A model generated the notes under the pieces. That model saw only the letters and a list, made by a program, of their open reading frames with translations. It was not told where the DNA came from and made no database searches. A stretch of 64,000 nucleotides of DNA, from NCBI GenBank assembly GCA_036004985.1, contig DASYQX010000030.1, forward strand, positions 4,151-68,150. Reading direction: 5' to 3'. Shown piece by piece: positions 1 through 8,939 of this stretch (its first letter is position 1; every line of letters starts with the position of its first letter). The position numbers and the translations under genes are program-made. This stretch comes from Gemmatimonadales bacterium (GTDB lineage: Bacteria > Gemmatimonadota > Gemmatimonadetes > Gemmatimonadales > GWC2-71-9).

Positions 1-2
1 TC

Positions 3-329
3 CAGCGGATCGACCCGCTGCGCGACAACTACGAGCCCGACTTCGGTTGGCAGCGCGGCTTCCTCGTGGATCGTACGTCGGAAGAACAGGGCCGCTATCG
101 CCCGACGCGCGACACCTGGGGCCCGCTGCGGGTGCCGCCTGGCAAGTACTTCGTGCTGGGCGACAACCGCGACAACTCGGCCGACTCGCGCTACTGGGGG
201 TTCGTGGACCAGTCCGCGGTCAAGGGCCGTCCGCTCGTCGTGTACTTCAGCTACGATCGCGGGGCGCGGGATCCGCTCCCCTGGTTGATGGACATACGCT
301 GGGACCGGCTCGGCTCGCTGATTCGCTGA
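3..329 (+). CDS. lepB: Signal peptidase I, 3' part (5' end lies outside the window)
   Basis: Frame is open from the window start; box E motif YFVLGDNRDNSADSRYWGFV. Confidence 0.93.
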   Translation, partial: QRIDPLRDNYEPDFGWQRGFLVDRTSEEQGRYRPTRDTWGPLRVPPGKYFVLGDNRDNSADSRYWGFVDQSAVKGRPLVVYFSYDRGARDPLPWLMDIRWDRLGSLIR

Positions 330-412
330 CTGGTCAGGTTCGTATCCCGGCGGAAGTGGGCCCTGTTCACGCTCCGTAGGGCGTCGTTCCTTAGTGGAGG
401 AGTGACCACCCC

Positions 413-1270
413 ATGCAACTGAACACCGCGAAGCGGGCATCGTTCGACGAGGGATCTCTGGACCAGTACCTACGGGAAATCAGCCAGTACCCACTCATCA
501 CCCGGGAAGAGGAAGTCACTCTCGCCCAGCGCATTCGCGTGGGCGACGAGGAGGCCCTCGACAAGCTCGTCCGCTCGAACCTGCGCTTCGTCGTGTCGGT
601 CGCGAAGAAGTACCAGAACCAGGGCGTCTCGCTGTCCGACCTCATCAACGAGGGCAACCTCGGCCTGATCCGGGCTGCCCACAAGTTCGACGAGACCAAG
701 GGCATCAAGTTCATTTCGTACGCCGTGTGGTGGATCCGCCAGGCCATTCTCCAAGCGCTCGCGGAGCAGTCACGCATCGTCCGCGTGCCGCTGAACCGCG
801 CCGGCACGCTGCACCGGATCGGCAAGCGCTCGGCCTCGCTGCTGCAGGAGCTCGGCCGCGAGCCGACCGTCGAGGAGATCGCCGAGGGGATGGACATTTC
901 CGAAGAAGAGGTCGCGAAGACGCTGTCCATCTCGCAGGCGCACCTCTCCCTCGATGCCCCGCTCACGCCCGGTGAGGACAACAAGCTCCTCGACTACCTG
1001 CCGGATACCACGAACCCCGGCCCCGACGACGAGATCTTCGAGCACGCCCTGACCGAGTCCATCGAATCGGTGCTCTCGACGCTCAAGGACCGCGAGGCCA
1101 AGATCCTGCGGCTCTACTTCGGGCTCGAAGGGCAGGAGCCCATGACGCTCGAGGAAATCGGCTCGCTGCTCGGCATCACGCGGGAGCGCGTGCGGCAGCT
1201 CAAAGAAAAAGCCCTGGCGAGACTGAGACATGTCTCGAGGGCGCGGGCGCTGGAGAGCTTCCTGTCCTGA
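413..1270 (+). CDS. RNA polymerase sigma-70 factor, RpoD/SigA family, short form without region 1.1
   Basis: Region 1.2 (LDQYLREISQYPL), region 2 (NLRFVVSVAKKY, DLINEGNLGL, FISYAVWWIRQAI), region 4 HTH (TLEEIG...TRERVRQ). Confidence 0.95.
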   Translation: MQLNTAKRASFDEGSLDQYLREISQYPLITREEEVTLAQRIRVGDEEALDKLVRSNLRFVVSVAKKYQNQGVSLSDLINEGNLGLIRAAHKFDETKGIKFISYAVWWIRQAILQALAEQSRIVRVPLNRAGTLHRIGKRSASLLQELGREPTVEEIAEGMDISEEEVAKTLSISQAHLSLDAPLTPGEDNKLLDYLPDTTNPGPDDEIFEHALTESIESVLSTLKDREAKILRLYFGLEGQEPMTLEEIGSLLGITRERVRQLKEKALARLRHVSRARALESFLS

Positions 1271-1273
1271 TAC

Positions 1274-1339
1274 GGAGCAGGGAGCAGGGAGCAGTACGCG
1301 ACGGAGCGCCGTAACGTACTGCTCCCCGCTCCGTGCTCC
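1274..1339. repeat. Palindromic heptamer tandem repeat, (GGGAGCA)n ... (TGCTCCC)n hairpin
   Basis: Left arm ggagcagggagcagggagcagtacg at 1274-1298 is near-complementary to cgtactgctccccgctccgtgctcc at 1315-1339; lies just after the sigma stop codon. Confidence 0.85.
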
Positions 1340-1357
1340 CTTTATATTCCCCCTCCT

Positions 1358-1861
1358 ATGGCTTCCCTTTCCTCATTCGACATCTCGACCGGCGCCGATC
1401 TCCAGGAGGTTGATAACGCCGTCAATCAGGCCACCAAAGAGGTGGTGCAGCGCTACGACTTCAAAGGCTCCAAGGCTTCGCTCACCTTTGATCGTCCGAA
1501 CGCGACGTTGGTGTTGGTTGCTGACGACGACTTCAAGATGAAAGCGCTGTTCGATGTGCTGCAGTCCAAGCTCATCAAGCGGGGCGTGCCGGTGAAGAAC
1601 CTGGAGCTCGGGCCCGTAACGCCGGCGGCCAACGACACCGTACGCCGCGAGATCAAGCTCACGCAGGGCATCCCGCAAGAGAAGGCGAAAGCGATCGTCA
1701 AGGCGATCAAGGACCGGAAGTTCAAAAAGGCCCAGGCCTCGATCCAGGGGCAGGAGATCCGCGTCCAGGCGCCGTCCAAGGACGAGCTGCAGGAGGTCAT
1801 CGCCTTCGTCCGCGGTCAGGACTGGGGGATCGAGCTGAAGTTCGGGAACTACCGCGGATGA
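1358..1861 (+). CDS. yajQ: YajQ family nucleotide/cyclic-di-GMP-binding protein
   Basis: SFDIS...DLQEVDNAVNQA.KE..QRYDFKGS; C-terminal ASIQGQEIRV, FGNYR. Confidence 0.93.
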   Translation: MASLSSFDISTGADLQEVDNAVNQATKEVVQRYDFKGSKASLTFDRPNATLVLVADDDFKMKALFDVLQSKLIKRGVPVKNLELGPVTPAANDTVRREIKLTQGIPQEKAKAIVKAIKDRKFKKAQASIQGQEIRVQAPSKDELQEVIAFVRGQDWGIELKFGNYRG

Positions 1862-3174
1862 AGCTCGGCGTCATCTCCCTCGGCTGCGACAAGGCCACGG
1901 TCGACTCGGAGCGGCTCGTGGGCGAGCTCGTCGGGCACGGCGCGGTCGTCACGCCCGACCTGGCGGGCGCCGACGTCATCCTCGTCAACACCTGCGGCTT
2001 CATCGATACCGCCAAGCAGGAATCGATCGACGCGATGCTGGGCGCCGCGAAGCTCAAGCAAGAATCGGGGGTCAAGGCGGTCGTGGCGGTCGGGTGTCTC
2101 GTGCAGCGATACAAGCAGGAGCTCCAGGCCGAGATCCCTGAGGTGGATCTCTTCCTCGGTTTCTCCGACCTGCATCACCTGGTGCCCGAGCTGGCGCAAC
2201 GGGGGCTCATCCCCGACCCGGTCGCGACTCACCCCGGCGTCAGGCAGTTCCTCGGCGAACAGGCGCACGTCCGCTACCTCAAGATCTCCGAGGGTTGCGA
2301 TCACACCTGCGCGTTCTGCGCCATCCCGTTGATGCGCGGCAAGCATCGCTCCGAGCCGCTCGCGCGCCTCGTCCGGGAGGCACAGACGCTCGAAGCGCAG
2401 GGGGCGAAGGAGATCAACCTCGTCGCCCAGGACCTGGGGCACTGGGGGCGCGACCTCGGGCCGAACGGGCCCAAACTGCCCGAGCTGCTCGAGGCGTTGC
2501 TCGCCGAAACGGCGGTGCCGTGGTTCCGGCTGCTGTACGTCTACTCGGCGGGGCTCACGGAGCGCCTCGTCGACCTCATCGCGCGCGAACCGCGCATCGT
2601 GCCCTACCTCGACATCCCGATTCAGCACGCCAACGACCGGATGCTGGAGCGGATGCGCCGCCCCGAGCGGAAGCGCACGCTGCGTGAAAAGCTCGCCTGG
2701 CTGCGCGGCACGATCCCCGACGTCGCCATTCGGACGACCTGCCTCGTGGGCTTCCCGGGAGAGACTGACGCCGAGTTCCGAGAGCTGCTCGAGTTCCTGG
2801 AGGAGGCGCAGTTCGATCGCCTCGGGGCATTCGCCTACTCGCCGCAGGAAGGGACGCGCGCGGTGCAATACGAAGACGACGTCGACGACTGCGTCAAGCG
2901 AGAGCGTCTGGAAGAAATCGTTGAAGTACAACGTGCAATCTCATGCCAGCAGCTGACGCGGTTCGTCGGTCGGGAAGTGGACGTGCTGGTGGATCGGGTC
3001 AGCGACCCGGAGGACCAGGGCGCCACCCACGTCGGGCGCGTGCAGTGGCAGGCCGACGACGTCGACGGCGTCACCTACCTGGGGCAAGGCGGATGGGCGC
3101 AACCGGGGAGCTTCGTGCGGGCACGAATCACTGAGAGCGAGGACTACGACTTCCGGGCGGCCGCGCTGACGTGA
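1858..3174 (+). CDS. rimO: Ribosomal protein S12 methylthiotransferase
   Basis: SLGCDKATVDSE, VNTCGFI..AKQESID, radical SAM motif CDHTCAFCAIP, C-terminal TRAM domain. Confidence 0.92.
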   Translation: MKLGVISLGCDKATVDSERLVGELVGHGAVVTPDLAGADVILVNTCGFIDTAKQESIDAMLGAAKLKQESGVKAVVAVGCLVQRYKQELQAEIPEVDLFLGFSDLHHLVPELAQRGLIPDPVATHPGVRQFLGEQAHVRYLKISEGCDHTCAFCAIPLMRGKHRSEPLARLVREAQTLEAQGAKEINLVAQDLGHWGRDLGPNGPKLPELLEALLAETAVPWFRLLYVYSAGLTERLVDLIAREPRIVPYLDIPIQHANDRMLERMRRPERKRTLREKLAWLRGTIPDVAIRTTCLVGFPGETDAEFRELLEFLEEAQFDRLGAFAYSPQEGTRAVQYEDDVDDCVKRERLEEIVEVQRAISCQQLTRFVGREVDVLVDRVSDPEDQGATHVGRVQWQADDVDGVTYLGQGGWAQPGSFVRARITESEDYDFRAAALT

Positions 3175-4457
3175 GGCGGTCGGCTGAGCTGTTCGACCGG
3201 GCGAAGGGCATCCTGCCCGGTGGGGTGAATTCCCCAGTACGGGCGTTCCGAGCGGTTGGCGGGACGCCTTTTTTCGTCGCGCGCGCCGCCGGGTGCCGCC
3301 TCACGGACGCCGACGGGACGAGCTACGTGGACTACGTCTGCTCCTGGGGCCCCCTGATCCTCGGCCACGCGCACCCCGCGGTGCTCGAGGCCGTGCGGCA
3401 GGCGGCCGAGCGGGGGTGGACGTACGGCATGCCGTGCGAGGCCGAGGTCGAGCTGGCGGAGGAGGTGCGGCGCCGCATGCCGTCGCTCGAGGTGATGCGG
3501 TTCGTGAACAGCGGCACCGAGGCGACGATGGCGGCGGTGCGGCTCGCGCGCGCGGCCACGGGGCGGGAGCTGATCGTCAAGTTCGACGGCTGCTACCACG
3601 GCCACGCCGATAGCTTCCTCGTCAAGGCGGGCTCCGGCGTCGCGACGCTCGGCCTGCCCGACAGCCCGGGCGTCCCCGGCGCCCTCGCCGGGCTGACGCT
3701 GACCGCACCATTCAACGACGCCACGGCGGTCGAAGACCTGTTCCGGCGCCACGGCGACCGCATCGCGGCGGTGATCGTCGAGCCGTACGTCGGGAACGTG
3801 GGGTTCATCCCCCCGGCGCCCGCCTTCCATCCGGCGCTGCGGGCGCTGTGCGATCGCGCCGGCGCGCTCCTGATCTTCGACGAAGTGATGACGGGATTCC
3901 GGGTCGCGCCCGGCGGCGCGCAGGCGGTGCTCGGGGTGCGACCCGACCTCACGACGCTGGGCAAGATCGTGGGCGGCGGTTTCCCCGTCGGCGCGTACGG
4001 GGGGCGCGCGGCGCTGATGCGGCAGATCGCCCCCGAGGGGCCGGTCTATCAGGCGGGCACGTTGTCGGGCAACCCGGTCGCGATGGCCGCGGGACTCGCG
4101 ACGCTGCGGGAGACCGCACGCGCGGGCTTCTATGACGTGCTCGAGGGGCGAACCGCTCGGCTGATCGCGGGTATAGGGGACGCCGCGCGCCGCCGCGGCA
4201 TCCCGGCGACCCTGGGGCATGCGGGCTCGATGTGGGGCGTCTACTTCGCGGCCGGGCCGATCCGGAATTACGCCGACGCCAAGCGCGCCGACGCGGCCGT
4301 CTTCGCGCGGTGGCACCGGGCCGCCCTGGCCCGCGGCGTGTTCCTGCCGCCCTCGGCGTTCGAGGCGGCGTTCGTTTCCAGCGCGCACACGGATGCGGAC
4401 ATCGATTTCACGATCACTCAGCTCGATGCGGCGCTGGACGAGGCGCGCGCTCGCTAG
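3171..4457 (+). CDS. hemL: Glutamate-1-semialdehyde 2,1-aminomutase
   Basis: PGGVNSPVRAF, VNSGTEATM, FDEVMTGFR, TTLGKIVGGG, YQAGTLSGNP. Confidence 0.96.
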   Translation: MRRSAELFDRAKGILPGGVNSPVRAFRAVGGTPFFVARAAGCRLTDADGTSYVDYVCSWGPLILGHAHPAVLEAVRQAAERGWTYGMPCEAEVELAEEVRRRMPSLEVMRFVNSGTEATMAAVRLARAATGRELIVKFDGCYHGHADSFLVKAGSGVATLGLPDSPGVPGALAGLTLTAPFNDATAVEDLFRRHGDRIAAVIVEPYVGNVGFIPPAPAFHPALRALCDRAGALLIFDEVMTGFRVAPGGAQAVLGVRPDLTTLGKIVGGGFPVGAYGGRAALMRQIAPEGPVYQAGTLSGNPVAMAAGLATLRETARAGFYDVLEGRTARLIAGIGDAARRRGIPATLGHAGSMWGVYFAAGPIRNYADAKRADAAVFARWHRAALARGVFLPPSAFEAAFVSSAHTDADIDFTITQLDAALDEARAR

Positions 4458-5682
4458 CCTCACCCTGCTGTGGGCCGCCGCGTGCCCGCGGCCGCCGGGC
4501 CGTCCTGCACCGGCCGGCGAGCCCGAGCTGCGAGTGGCGCTCGCGGTGGGCGCGGAGACCGCCTCACTGGGCGGCGATGGAGAGATGTTCGTCACCGACG
4601 ACGGCACCGGACAGCCCGTCGGATCGATCCCGGCGGGCGTGCGCTGGACCGCCGTCCCCGACTCCGGGAGCGGGAAGCTGCGGCTCGTGAAGCCCGACGG
4701 CACGAGCACCGAGCCGCATCGGGGCGTCGCCGCCGTCAATGTCACGGAGGACCGGTTCGCCATGGCGAACGGCCGCCGGTACCGCGGGCGGATTCACGTG
4801 ATCGCGAGCCGCGCCGGCATGACCCTGGTCAACCGGGTGGGCATCGAGGGCTACGTGGCCGGTGTCGTCGGTCCCGAGATCGGAGCGCGCCGGCCCAACG
4901 AGGAGGCCGCCGTGCTGGCCCAGGCCGTCGTGTCGCGCAGTTTCGCGCTCAGGAATCGGGGGCGCTGGGAGTCCCTCGGCTTCGACGCCTACGCGGATGT
5001 GCGCGACCAGGTCTACGTCGGCGTCGCGGCGGAGACGCCCCAGGTGTGGGCGGCGGTGCGGCGGACAGCCGGGCAGGTGCTGCGCTACCGCGGCGAGATC
5101 ATCGACGCGTACTTCCATTCGACGTGCGGGTTCAGCACGGCCGGCGTGGAAGAAGCGTTCGGCACGGCGCGGGGACGCCCCTACCTCCGACCGGTGTCCG
5201 ACGCGACCGGCAGAGGTGGGGACCATTACTACTGCGACATCTCGCCTCGGTTCCGGTGGCGCGAGGAATGGGATGGCCCCAAGCTGCGCGCTATATTGTC
5301 GCGGACGCTGCCGACGGTGATGCCGCTCGGCGGCGATGGCCTGCAGCCGATCACCGGCGTCGAGGTGAGCCGCCTGACGCGCTCGGGGCGCGTCGGTGAG
5401 CTGCGGATCGTGTTCGCGCGGGGCGACGTGCGCATCCCCGCCACGAACGTGCGCACGGTGCTCCGCCCAGACGCCGACCGCATGTTGTCGAGCACGGCGT
5501 TCCAGGTCACCGTGACCAAAGACGGCGGGCAGGTCAGCCGGCTCGTGGCGGCCGGGGCGGGGGCGGGGCACGGCGTCGGGATGTGCCAGTGGGGAGCCGT
5601 GGGCCGCGCCCGGGCGGGGCAGGACTATCGCCGCATCCTCTCGACCTACTTTCCGGGGACGACACTTGATCGGATCTACTAA
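4426..5682 (+). CDS. SpoIID/LytB domain peptidoglycan lytic transglycosylase, probable lipoprotein
   Basis: YVAGVVGPE, AQAVVSRSFA, DQVYVG, YFHSTCG, GHGVGMCQWGA, ILSTYFPG; start moved to ATG 4426 with lipobox-like WAAAC. Confidence 0.88.
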   Translation: MRRWTRRALASLTLLWAAACPRPPGRPAPAGEPELRVALAVGAETASLGGDGEMFVTDDGTGQPVGSIPAGVRWTAVPDSGSGKLRLVKPDGTSTEPHRGVAAVNVTEDRFAMANGRRYRGRIHVIASRAGMTLVNRVGIEGYVAGVVGPEIGARRPNEEAAVLAQAVVSRSFALRNRGRWESLGFDAYADVRDQVYVGVAAETPQVWAAVRRTAGQVLRYRGEIIDAYFHSTCGFSTAGVEEAFGTARGRPYLRPVSDATGRGGDHYYCDISPRFRWREEWDGPKLRAILSRTLPTVMPLGGDGLQPITGVEVSRLTRSGRVGELRIVFARGDVRIPATNVRTVLRPDADRMLSSTAFQVTVTKDGGQVSRLVAAGAGAGHGVGMCQWGAVGRARAGQDYRRILSTYFPGTTLDRIY

Positions 5683-6379
5683 GACGGGCGGACGGGCGGA
5701 CGGCCGGACGGCCCGACGTGCCGCGGTCCTCGCGGTGGTTCTCCTGGCCGTCGGGCCGACAGGCCGTCTGGCCGCCCAAGGCGTTCTCAACCAGTTCTCC
5801 TACGACAGCTTGCGGCTCTCGGCGATCCAGCTGGATCTGGGCCCGCTCGGGTCGAGCGAGCTGCGCGGCGCGATCGTGGGCGGCCTGCGAATCGATTACG
5901 GGTTCATCGCGCCGCGCGTGCGCGTGCTGCTCGGCCTGTCGTATTTCCGGTCCGAGTTCGACAATGACGCGCGGGCCCGCTTCGAGCAGCGCATCCGGCA
6001 ATTCGTCATCGATCCCGCCGGCGACGACACGATCCGCGTAGGGCGCATCTTCTGGAGTGACGTCACGGCTGATGTCGACTTCCAGTACGTCATCCCCCAG
6101 GGGCGCGGCATCACGTCGTACATCGGTCTCGGCGTAAGCGCGCACCTGCGTGACGGGAGTGGCAGCGCGATCAATGGCACGTTCGTGGAAGACGCGCTCG
6201 ACGAGATCACCGCCGGGCTCAACGTCTCGACCGGCGTGGAGTTCGCGCTGTCGCGGTCGTGGCGCTTCACGCTCGACGGGCGGGGCGTCGTCTCGAGCGG
6301 GCTGTCGACGGTCAGCCTGCGCAGCGGGGTGATGTACCGGTTACGGGGAGCGCGGGGAGCGGGGAGCGGGCGGCGGTGA
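5666..6379 (+). CDS. Exported protein, probable outer-membrane beta-barrel (start uncertain)
   Basis: Signal peptide ending LAAQ; alternating amphipathic strands (GLNVSTGVEF, FTLDGRG, LRSGVMYR). Confidence 0.6.
   Translation: MIGSTKTGGRADGRTARRAAVLAVVLLAVGPTGRLAAQGVLNQFSYDSLRLSAIQLDLGPLGSSELRGAIVGGLRIDYGFIAPRVRVLLGLSYFRSEFDNDARARFEQRIRQFVIDPAGDDTIRVGRIFWSDVTADVDFQYVIPQGRGITSYIGLGVSAHLRDGSGSAINGTFVEDALDEITAGLNVSTGVEFALSRSWRFTLDGRGVVSSGLSTVSLRSGVMYRLRGARGAGSGRR
5683..5777. repeat. Octamer tandem repeat (GACGGNCG)x4 with an inverted copy flanking the signal-peptide h-region
   Basis: gacgggcg gacgggcg gacggccg gacggccc gacg at 5683-5717; degenerate reverse complement at 5746-5777. Confidence 0.75.
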
Positions 6380-7383
6380 ACGACCCGATTCGCGTCGGCG
6401 TGATCGGCGCGGGAGCGATCTCGCAGGTCGCCCATCTGCCGGTGCTGCGCCGCCTCCCCGGAGTGGAGGTCGCGGCGATCTGCGACAACGACCTCGGCAA
6501 GGCCCAGGCGCTCGCGGCACGGTTCGAGGTGAAGGACACCTACGACGACATCGAGGAAGTGCTGCGCTACGCCAACGTAGACGCCGTGGTGATCTGCACG
6601 CCCAACCACCTGCACGAGATCCACGTGACGTCCGCCCTCGCGGCGGGGGCGCACGTACTGTGCGAGCGGCCCCTCGCGCTCAACCTCGCGGGCGTCGAGC
6701 GCGCCCTCCAGGCGAGCGAGAAGTGCGGCAAGCGGGTGATGGTGGGGATGAATCATCGGTTCCGCTCCGACGTCCAGGCCGTGCGGGGCTTCCTTGCCGG
6801 CGGCGACATCGGCGCCCTCCAGGCGGTGCGCGGCGGGTGGTACACCTTCCAGCCCAGCCGACAGCTGCTGGGGTGGCGGCTGCGGCGCGAACAGGCGGGT
6901 GGGGGCGCGATGCTCGACCTGGGCCTGCCGCTCATCGACCTGGGGCTCTGGCTCGCCGGGTGGCCCGCCCCGAAACGGATCTCCGCGCATCTCACCGCGC
7001 CGGCGAAGGACCGGGTCGAGGACATGGGCTCGGCGTTGATCGTGTGCGAGACCGGCGCCTCCATCACGGTGGACGTGAGCTGGCGGCACATGGGGGAAGG
7101 CGAGCGCTTCTGGTTCGACCTCGTGGGCGCGAGGGGATCGGCCGCCATTCAGCCGCTCCGGATCTTCCGCGAGCAGCACGGCAGTCCCGTGGACGTCACG
7201 CCCACCGGGGCAACGGGCCGCGAGACGCCGTTCATCCAGTCCTACCGCGCCGAGTGGATGTACTTCCTGGCGGTGATCAAGGGGGATGTGAACGCGCCGC
7301 CGCCCCGCGACCAACTCGCGCTGCAACGGGTCGTGGACGCCGTCTACCGGTCAGCGGACGAAGGGCGCGACGTCTTGCTGTGA
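6376..7383 (+). CDS. Gfo/Idh/MocA family oxidoreductase
   Basis: VGVIGAGAI Rossmann motif, DAVVICTPNHLH, HVLCERPL, GGGAMLDLG; GTGA overlap start. Confidence 0.9.
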   Translation: MNDPIRVGVIGAGAISQVAHLPVLRRLPGVEVAAICDNDLGKAQALAARFEVKDTYDDIEEVLRYANVDAVVICTPNHLHEIHVTSALAAGAHVLCERPLALNLAGVERALQASEKCGKRVMVGMNHRFRSDVQAVRGFLAGGDIGALQAVRGGWYTFQPSRQLLGWRLRREQAGGGAMLDLGLPLIDLGLWLAGWPAPKRISAHLTAPAKDRVEDMGSALIVCETGASITVDVSWRHMGEGERFWFDLVGARGSAAIQPLRIFREQHGSPVDVTPTGATGRETPFIQSYRAEWMYFLAVIKGDVNAPPPRDQLALQRVVDAVYRSADEGRDVLL

Positions 7384-8939
7384 GCGGCCGCCGGGTGGCG
7401 GGGCTGGTCGTGCTGGGCGCCGTGGCGCTCGTCGCGAGCTACCCCCCGTTCCCCCTTCCTTTCCTCAGTTTTTTCGCGATCACCCCCGCCGTCCTGCTGG
7501 TGCGGCACGCCGCGGACCTCGCCGACCCCCGCCGCGCCTTCCGCTGGGGCTGGTGGTACGGGCTCGCCGCCAACGCGGTGGTGCTCTACTGGATGGTGGT
7601 CGCGTTGTGGCATTTCACGCCGTTCTCCGCGCTCGGCTACCTCGCGACGATCGCCGTCCTCGGTCTCCTGACCGGAGCACTGTTTTGGTTCGTGGTGCGG
7701 TTGCGGCTCGACGCCCCCACCGTACCCCTGTGGGTCACGCTCCCCGTCGCCTGGACGGCGCTCGAGTGGCTGATCGGCCATCTCAGCGACATCCGGTTCC
7801 CCTGGCTCGGGCTCGGCACGTCGCTGGCCGACGCGCCGGTGCTGGTGCAGTGGGCGGATATCGCGGGGGCGCGTGGGGTCACGCTGTGGGTGGCGTGGGC
7901 GAACGTAGCGATCGTAGAAGCGACGGTCGGACGGTCGGACGGCCGGACGGCCCTGGTTCGCCGTCTCGCGCCGGTGGCCGCCTCAGTCCTTCTGGCGCTC
8001 GGCTACGGGGCCTGGAGGATGCGGACCTTGCCGGTCCGCGAGGTCGGCGTCATCGGCCTCGTCCAGCCCAACGAGGGATTCCGCGAGAAGTGGGACTCCG
8101 CGCATTCGGATGATGTCGTCGCGAAGCTCCTCGGGATGACGCAGCGGGTGATGTCCGCCGCTCGTCCGCAACTGGTCGTCTGGCCCGAGGCGGCGATCCC
8201 GGGCTACCTGTTTCAGAACCCCGAGTGGGATGCGATGATCAGCGGCCTGGCGCGCACGAGTCACACTCCCATCCTCGCCGGGGGGTTGCACGCGGACCCG
8301 CGGGCGCCCCCGCCGATTCCGTACTACAACGCCGCATTCCTCTACGACTCGACCGGCGACCGCCGCAGCCACCCGGTGTACGGCAAGCACTACCTGGTGC
8401 CGATCACGGAGCGCGTGCCGTTCGTGCCGGTCGCGTGGCTGCGCCGTGTCCCCGGGGTCGGCCGCTGGTCGGGGGGCTTCGCCCGCGGCCGCGACCTCCC
8501 GGTGTACGAGACGGCGATCGGGCGGTTCGGCGTTGTGATCTGCTACGAGTCCGCCTTCGAGGACCTGCCCCGTCGCTACCGGGCACGCGGCGCCCAATTC
8601 CTCGTCAACATCACCAACGACGCGTGGTTCGGTCGCACCAGCGCGCCGCGGCAGCACGCGTCGCACCTCGTGCTGCGCGCCATCGAGACGCGGATGGGCG
8701 TCGCGCGCGCAGCGAACTCCGGCATCTCCGAGTTCGTGGACCCGCTGGGCCGGGCCTACGCCGCCACTCAGCTCAACGAGGAAGCGATCGTCGCCGACCG
8801 CCTGCGCACCAGCGACGTCACCACCCTTTACGTGCGCTGGGGTGATTGGATCGGTATGCTTGTGGTGCTCGCGACGCTGGGATTTGGAGTCGTGATCATC
8901 CAATCCGCAATCCGCAATCGGAAATCTGCAATCCCATGA
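7380..8939 (+). CDS. lnt: Apolipoprotein N-acyltransferase
   Basis: Multi-TM N-terminus, FPWLGLG, VVWPEAA, YGKHYLVPITE, ICYES, NITNDAWFG, RAANSGIS. Confidence 0.94.
   Translation: MSGRRVAGLVVLGAVALVASYPPFPLPFLSFFAITPAVLLVRHAADLADPRRAFRWGWWYGLAANAVVLYWMVVALWHFTPFSALGYLATIAVLGLLTGALFWFVVRLRLDAPTVPLWVTLPVAWTALEWLIGHLSDIRFPWLGLGTSLADAPVLVQWADIAGARGVTLWVAWANVAIVEATVGRSDGRTALVRRLAPVAASVLLALGYGAWRMRTLPVREVGVIGLVQPNEGFREKWDSAHSDDVVAKLLGMTQRVMSAARPQLVVWPEAAIPGYLFQNPEWDAMISGLARTSHTPILAGGLHADPRAPPPIPYYNAAFLYDSTGDRRSHPVYGKHYLVPITERVPFVPVAWLRRVPGVGRWSGGFARGRDLPVYETAIGRFGVVICYESAFEDLPRRYRARGAQFLVNITNDAWFGRTSAPRQHASHLVLRAIETRMGVARAANSGISEFVDPLGRAYAATQLNEEAIVADRLRTSDVTTLYVRWGDWIGMLVVLATLGFGVVIIQSAIRNRKSAIP
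7922..7953 (+). repeat. In-frame octamer tandem repeat (GACGGYCG) inside lnt
   Basis: gacggtcg gacggtcg gacggccg gacggccc; encodes TVGRSDGRT; same unit as at 5683. Confidence 0.75.
8901..8935 (+). repeat. Heptamer tandem repeat (CAATCCG)x5 at the lnt 3' end
   Basis: caatccg caatccg caatcgg aaatctg caatccc, immediately before the next ATG. Confidence 0.8.

Noticed and set aside
1274..1339. Tandem repeats as a possible CRISPR array or a classic intrinsic terminator
   Set aside because: Units are 7-8 nt with no unique spacers and no cas genes; only a very short T run follows the hairpin
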